Assembly (NCBI GenBank): GCA_038824035.1
Contig: JAWBBW010000003.1
Location: forward strand, 69,916-100,405
Source of the DNA: Desulfurococcaceae archaeon
GTDB taxonomy: Archaea > Thermoproteota > Thermoprotei_A > Sulfolobales > Desulfurococcaceae
DNA length: 30,490 bases
Direction of reading: 5' to 3'
Shown here: positions 26,793 through 30,490 of the stretch, one piece after another
Position numbering within the stretch: the stretch's first letter is position 1
Layout of the letters: each line of letters starts with the position of its first letter
Notes under the pieces: model-generated
The model's input: the letters and a program-made list of their open reading frames with translations, nothing else
Databases searched by the model: none
What the model was told of the DNA's origin: nothing
Program-made: the position numbers and the translations under genes

Positions 26793-27773
26793 TTGAAATA
26801 CTATTTCATACTACGAGGCGATAACGAGCACTTGGCTATAGGAGAGCTACAGGCATTGTTGGAAACCTATGGCGTAATGGAGAGACCTATTTGCTATTCA
26901 ATGCTATGCATAGTTGACTCAGACGTATTTGTGTTAGAAAAGATTAGGAGAAGAACCGGGTTTGTGAAAGAAATAGGGGAGTTCATATTAATGGATAATG
27001 TATATGAACAAGCCCGTGTGGATGAAATGAGGAGTTATTTGAAAAACCTTGGCAGGTTCTGGGCACATCACTCAGTGTTAAAGCCGATAGTTGACAAGCA
27101 ACATATACTCGATTACCTGGGCTCGTTACGGATAAACCACCATGGTATTAGGAGAGGAGTAGAGGCCAGAATACTGTTCACAGAGGATAAAGTTATCTTA
27201 GGCATAAGTAGATATAAGCTGAGGACAAGGGCCAGTATATGTAAAGGGCCCTTTCAAAGGAGCATAGCTTTAACGCCTGATATTTCAAGGGCATTGATAA
27301 ACCTCTCAAGAATTAGGGAGAACGAAGTGTTGATAGATCCATTTGCTGGCACAGGTAGCGTGTTGATCGAGGCCTGGTTTATGGGCATTAGGGCCATAGG
27401 TGTGGACATAGACTGGGAATTAGTACACGGTATGAGAGCTAATTTGGATTACTGTGGGATTGGTGATATAGTGATCTTGGGGGATTCCACAACACTCGAA
27501 TATATTAACATAGGTGGTGTCGCCACCGACCTTCCATACGGCAAGGGCGCGAGTACTCACGGAATCGAGATAAGGCATCTATATGGCTTATTTATCGAGA
27601 GGCTTTCAAGTTATCTACCACGTGGTAAATACGCGAGCTTCATGATACCATGTTGGCTCGAGGATTATTTAGACGACTTATTAGCCAGTACTGAGTTACG
27701 GCTTAGACATCGCTACTATAGCTATGTACATGGAGGGTTGACCAGGGTGATCAACGTGGTGGTAAAGGGATGA
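26793..27773 (+). CDS. trm11: tRNA (guanine(10)-N2)-methyltransferase, Trm11/TrmG10 family
   Basis: SRALINL, DPFAGTGS (SAM binding), ATDLPYG and YVHGGLTR; the N-terminus has EHLAIGEL. Confidence 0.82.
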   Translation: MKYYFILRGDNEHLAIGELQALLETYGVMERPICYSMLCIVDSDVFVLEKIRRRTGFVKEIGEFILMDNVYEQARVDEMRSYLKNLGRFWAHHSVLKPIVDKQHILDYLGSLRINHHGIRRGVEARILFTEDKVILGISRYKLRTRASICKGPFQRSIALTPDISRALINLSRIRENEVLIDPFAGTGSVLIEAWFMGIRAIGVDIDWELVHGMRANLDYCGIGDIVILGDSTTLEYINIGGVATDLPYGKGASTHGIEIRHLYGLFIERLSSYLPRGKYASFMIPCWLEDYLDDLLASTELRLRHRYYSYVHGGLTRVINVVVKG

Positions 27774-28519
27774 ATGCCAGGATATACATATTGGGTTCAG
27801 GAGCGGCGATCCCAATACATCGTTCGCCTCCATGTATTGCGATCAAAGTTGACTCTGATATATATGTACTTGATCCTGGCGAAGCGTGTCAAATACGTAT
27901 GTTGAAAACCGGCCTCAGTCCTTTGAAAGCTAGGTCAATTTTTATATCACATCTACACGGAGATCACTACTTGGGTTTACCCGGCATGATTCAAACCATG
28001 ACATTATCCAATAGAAAAGACCCATTGTATATTGTAGCCCCCAAGGAGTTCAAGGATTTCATTGAAATATCTATGGAAAAGGGTTTTATCAAGCCAGGTT
28101 TTAAGCTTGAATTGTTCGAGCTATATCCTGGGTTCACCTACGAGGATGGCAAAATAATAGTTAAGGCGTTCCAGGTACTCCACAGTATTGAATCATATGG
28201 TTTTCACATAGCCATAGGCAAGAAAACGATCTGTTACACAGGCGATACCCGGCCAACCGACGTTGTCGTCGAAAACTGTAGGGAAGCCGATATATTGATT
28301 CATGAAGCCACGTTCACCAGTGCTATGCACGAAGAGGCATGCGAACAAGGGCATTCAACGGCCCTAGATGCAGCACTGATCGCCCTCAGGGCTAATGTCA
28401 AGATGCTTGTTTTAACACATATAAGTGCCAGGTATAGCGATGACGAAATCCTTAAAGATGCCAAAAGGTTCTTTAAGAATTGTGTGGTCGCGCGAGATGG
28501 CATGGTGTTGATACTTTGA
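27770..28519 (+). CDS. rnz: ribonuclease Z (short, lacking the flexible arm)
   Basis: Motifs: ILGSGAAIP..R, DPGE, SHLHGDH, GDT, LIHEAT, GHST, LTHISARY. Confidence 0.88.
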   Translation: MNARIYILGSGAAIPIHRSPPCIAIKVDSDIYVLDPGEACQIRMLKTGLSPLKARSIFISHLHGDHYLGLPGMIQTMTLSNRKDPLYIVAPKEFKDFIEISMEKGFIKPGFKLELFELYPGFTYEDGKIIVKAFQVLHSIESYGFHIAIGKKTICYTGDTRPTDVVVENCREADILIHEATFTSAMHEEACEQGHSTALDAALIALRANVKMLVLTHISARYSDDEILKDAKRFFKNCVVARDGMVLIL

Positions 28520-28521
28520 AA

Positions 28522-28920
28522 TCACTCCGCGGTCAGATACTCTACAATTTCATCTAATTCGTCATCATCCCCTGTAATTATGAGTTTAATGGGTCCTAGT
28601 GGTGATTCCTTTTCACTATCGATGAGTGATATTTTGCCCACGTAGCTGGCTTGTTTATGTAGAAGTATTGCTATGGATTCACCATGTCTATATCTCTCTA
28701 GGTACGATCTAAATGCCGGCTCTATTTGTTGGGTCCTGATCGCATTTCTCAATGGCCTTAAGCACTCCTTGTTATACCCAAGGGCTCTCATGACATAATA
28801 GCCATTACCCAGCTCTTCTATTAATATGTTTTCTGTCTCTATAATGTTGAGGATAGCTCTCTTAACTTTCTCAGGGTCTTCACTGGGCCTTATCTCGGCC
28901 TCAACGATCACCTTGAGCAC
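28522..28920 (-). CDS. UPF0201/DUF54 putative RNA-binding protein
   Basis: Motifs: EIRPSEDPEKVKRAI, HKQASYVG, ESPLGPI. GGTGA SD lies 6 nt before the GTG. Confidence 0.88.
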   Translation of the reverse strand: MLKVIVEAEIRPSEDPEKVKRAILNIIETENILIEELGNGYYVMRALGYNKECLRPLRNAIRTQQIEPAFRSYLERYRHGESIAILLHKQASYVGKISLIDSEKESPLGPIKLIITGDDDELDEIVEYLTAE

Positions 28921-29458
28921 GCATCTTCACCAATCTATCTAGTAATTCCTTGGCCTGTTTTTCAATGTCCTCTATTATACTCTCGTTAACCAACATATGA
29001 TCTGCTAACGCTATGACATTTCCAATTCCAAAGCCCAATTCTACGAGATCTCTTTTCAGAAATTCCTCGTACGTATTTGGATCTCCAGGTCTTTTCCTGG
29101 CTAATAATCGCTCAAACCTCGTTCGCGGAGAGGCATGGACAGCTATGATAACCACATCGCCGTGTTTTCTAAATGCCTCAACTTCTGTCAAACTCCTAAC
29201 TCCATCAATAACCACGGCTTTGGCCTTTTGCTTGATCTTCTCGAGTGTCCTAACAGCGATCACGTCTTCGCCATATTCTTTCCTCAATTCCCTTGATGTC
29301 GATATCATTAATTCAGGGGTCACGTGTCCATATCTTTTGAGGACCTCTTCTCTGACTACATCGCCCATATTGTACACAGGTAATCCCATTTCAACTGCTA
29401 CCCTGGTTACAATGCTCTTACCGGCTCCTGGCATACCGGTAACTAGGATAAACAACAT
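28901..29458 (-). CDS. UPF0200 P-loop kinase (dephospho-CoA kinase-like, COG0237)
   Basis: Motifs: TGMPGAGKS, MGDVVREE, IDGVRS..E, HASP..RFERL, RD..ELGFG. The usual neighbour UPF0201 is adjacent. Confidence 0.85.
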   Translation of the reverse strand: MLFILVTGMPGAGKSIVTRVAVEMGLPVYNMGDVVREEVLKRYGHVTPELMISTSRELRKEYGEDVIAVRTLEKIKQKAKAVVIDGVRSLTEVEAFRKHGDVVIIAVHASPRTRFERLLARKRPGDPNTYEEFLKRDLVELGFGIGNVIALADHMLVNESIIEDIEKQAKELLDRLVKMRAQGDR

Positions 29459-29532
29459 GGTTCTCACCGTATTCTTAATTTTAATAAAATCAATTTGATA
29501 TAAATACCATGGAAAAATAAGGTGTCTTAGCA

Positions 29533-30105
29533 GTGAGAAGAGAAGAGTTCATCAGGACATTTATAGCGATTGAAATAAGGGAGAAGGAGACGCTGGGGAA
29601 ACTCATAGCTATTAGAAACGCCCTCGTGGAGACAGGTGCCGATGTGAAGCCCGTGGAAGACGAGAATATTCACATAACACTTAGATTCATAGGTGAAATC
29701 CCGGAGAGCATGGTTAGATTGATATGTAATGAAATAGCGGGCATATCCTTTAGTAAGTTCACAGCACATGTGAAAGGGCTAGGTGTTTTCCCGAATATAA
29801 CCAGGCCCAGAGTTGTATGGGCAGGAATCGAGGAGGGTTCTGAGAAATTGATTGAACTACATAACTTAGTTGAGGACAAGCTTAGGAGACTAGGCATACC
29901 CAGGGAGAGAGAAGGGTTTACGCCTCACATAACACTCATCCGTGTGAAGGGTCATAGAAACATAGACAAGTTGATCAAGGCCATAAACATGTACGCTGGT
30001 TACGATTTCGGCTACTTCGATGTAGACGAGGTTATTGTTAAACGAAGTGTGTTGACACCGAGTGGCCCTATATATAGCGATCTATGCAGTGTGAAGCTCT
30101 CTTAG
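29533..30105 (+). CDS. thpR: RNA 2',3'-cyclic phosphodiesterase (2'-5' RNA ligase, 2H family)
   Basis: RTFIAI, two HITL motifs, PRVVWAG, SVLTPSGPIY. Confidence 0.95.
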   Translation: MRREEFIRTFIAIEIREKETLGKLIAIRNALVETGADVKPVEDENIHITLRFIGEIPESMVRLICNEIAGISFSKFTAHVKGLGVFPNITRPRVVWAGIEEGSEKLIELHNLVEDKLRRLGIPREREGFTPHITLIRVKGHRNIDKLIKAINMYAGYDFGYFDVDEVIVKRSVLTPSGPIYSDLCSVKLS

Positions 30106-30126
30106 TTATTCTCGGTGCACTTGCAC

Positions 30127-30490
30127 ATGGCGATCAACACAGTTAACTACGATGATATCGAGAGATTTGTATTGAATAAGATAAAGCCGAGTAAATCGGA
30201 ATACGAGATCTTGTTCAATGCATTCGAAAAGATAAGGGAGATCTTGGAACAAGTCATGATCGAGCGTGGTATTAAAGCTGAGATCACCTTGCAAGGCAGC
30301 ATAGCGCACGATACATGGCTAGCGGGTGATAGAGACCTCGATGTATTTGTGTTATACCCGGGTGAATGGAGCGTTGAGAAAGTCAGGTCTCTTGGTTTCG
30401 AAGTAATACTTGAGGCGGCGAAGAGGATCGGTAAATATGAGCTGAGATATGCTGAACACCCATATGTCAGGGTAATAGTGAATGGGGTTG
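30127..30490 (+). CDS. cca: class I CCA-adding enzyme, 3'-truncated by the window edge (absent from the ORF track)
   Basis: My translation from ATG 30127 gives MAINTVNYDDIERFVLNKIKPS...QGSIAHDTWLAGDRDLDVFV...YAEHPYV. It follows thpR, the usual archaeal gene order. Confidence 0.93.
   Translation, partial: MAINTVNYDDIERFVLNKIKPSKSEYEILFNAFEKIREILEQVMIERGIKAEITLQGSIAHDTWLAGDRDLDVFVLYPGEWSVEKVRSLGFEVILEAAKRIGKYELRYAEHPYVRVIVNGV

Noticed and set aside
28533-28568. Possible C/D-box sRNA on the minus strand (AUGAUGA...CUGA)
   Set aside because: The boxes are only ~25 nt apart, there is no convincing C'/D' pair, and it lies inside the UPF0201 CDS.
29478-29499. Short palindromes ATTTTA-A-TAAAAT and ATCAA-T-TTGAT in the divergent promoter
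   Set aside because: Expected by chance in very AT-rich back-to-back TATA regions.
30106-30309. 67-aa minus-strand ORF
   Set aside because: It is a shadow of the cca gene on the plus strand.

Overview
This is a gene-dense archaeal chromosomal window with about 30 CDSs. GGTG/GGAG Shine-Dalgarno sites, TATA-like promoters, frequent 4-nt start/stop overlaps, and a gene set including a GPN GTPase, Trm11, class I CCA enzyme and a DUF357-RibL fusion point to a hyperthermophilic Thermoprotei archaeon, probably Desulfurococcales (inference). In order it holds a DUF4350-MoxR-DUF58-membrane operon, thrB, a Nudix/iron-sulfur flavoprotein/FAD synthase group, and a five-gene Dpp/Opp-type ABC importer whose large binding protein carries a Pro/Thr stalk. 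Next come an orphan 549-aa CARF-like + PIN protein, a B12 radical SAM enzyme resembling GDGT ring synthases, a bacterial-type (MetRS1) methionyl-tRNA synthetase and a ROK kinase. It ends with several housekeeping enzymes and a tRNA-maturation cluster (trm11, rnz, thpR, cca). I saw no rRNA, tRNA, CRISPR array or transposase. The strongest leads are the stand-alone CARF-like/PIN nuclease, the bacterial-type MetRS with a KIGKS loop, an RNase Z lacking the tRNA-binding arm, a probable ACG start codon for the asparaginase, and several operator-like inverted repeats. All calls come from reading motifs by eye; no database search was run.
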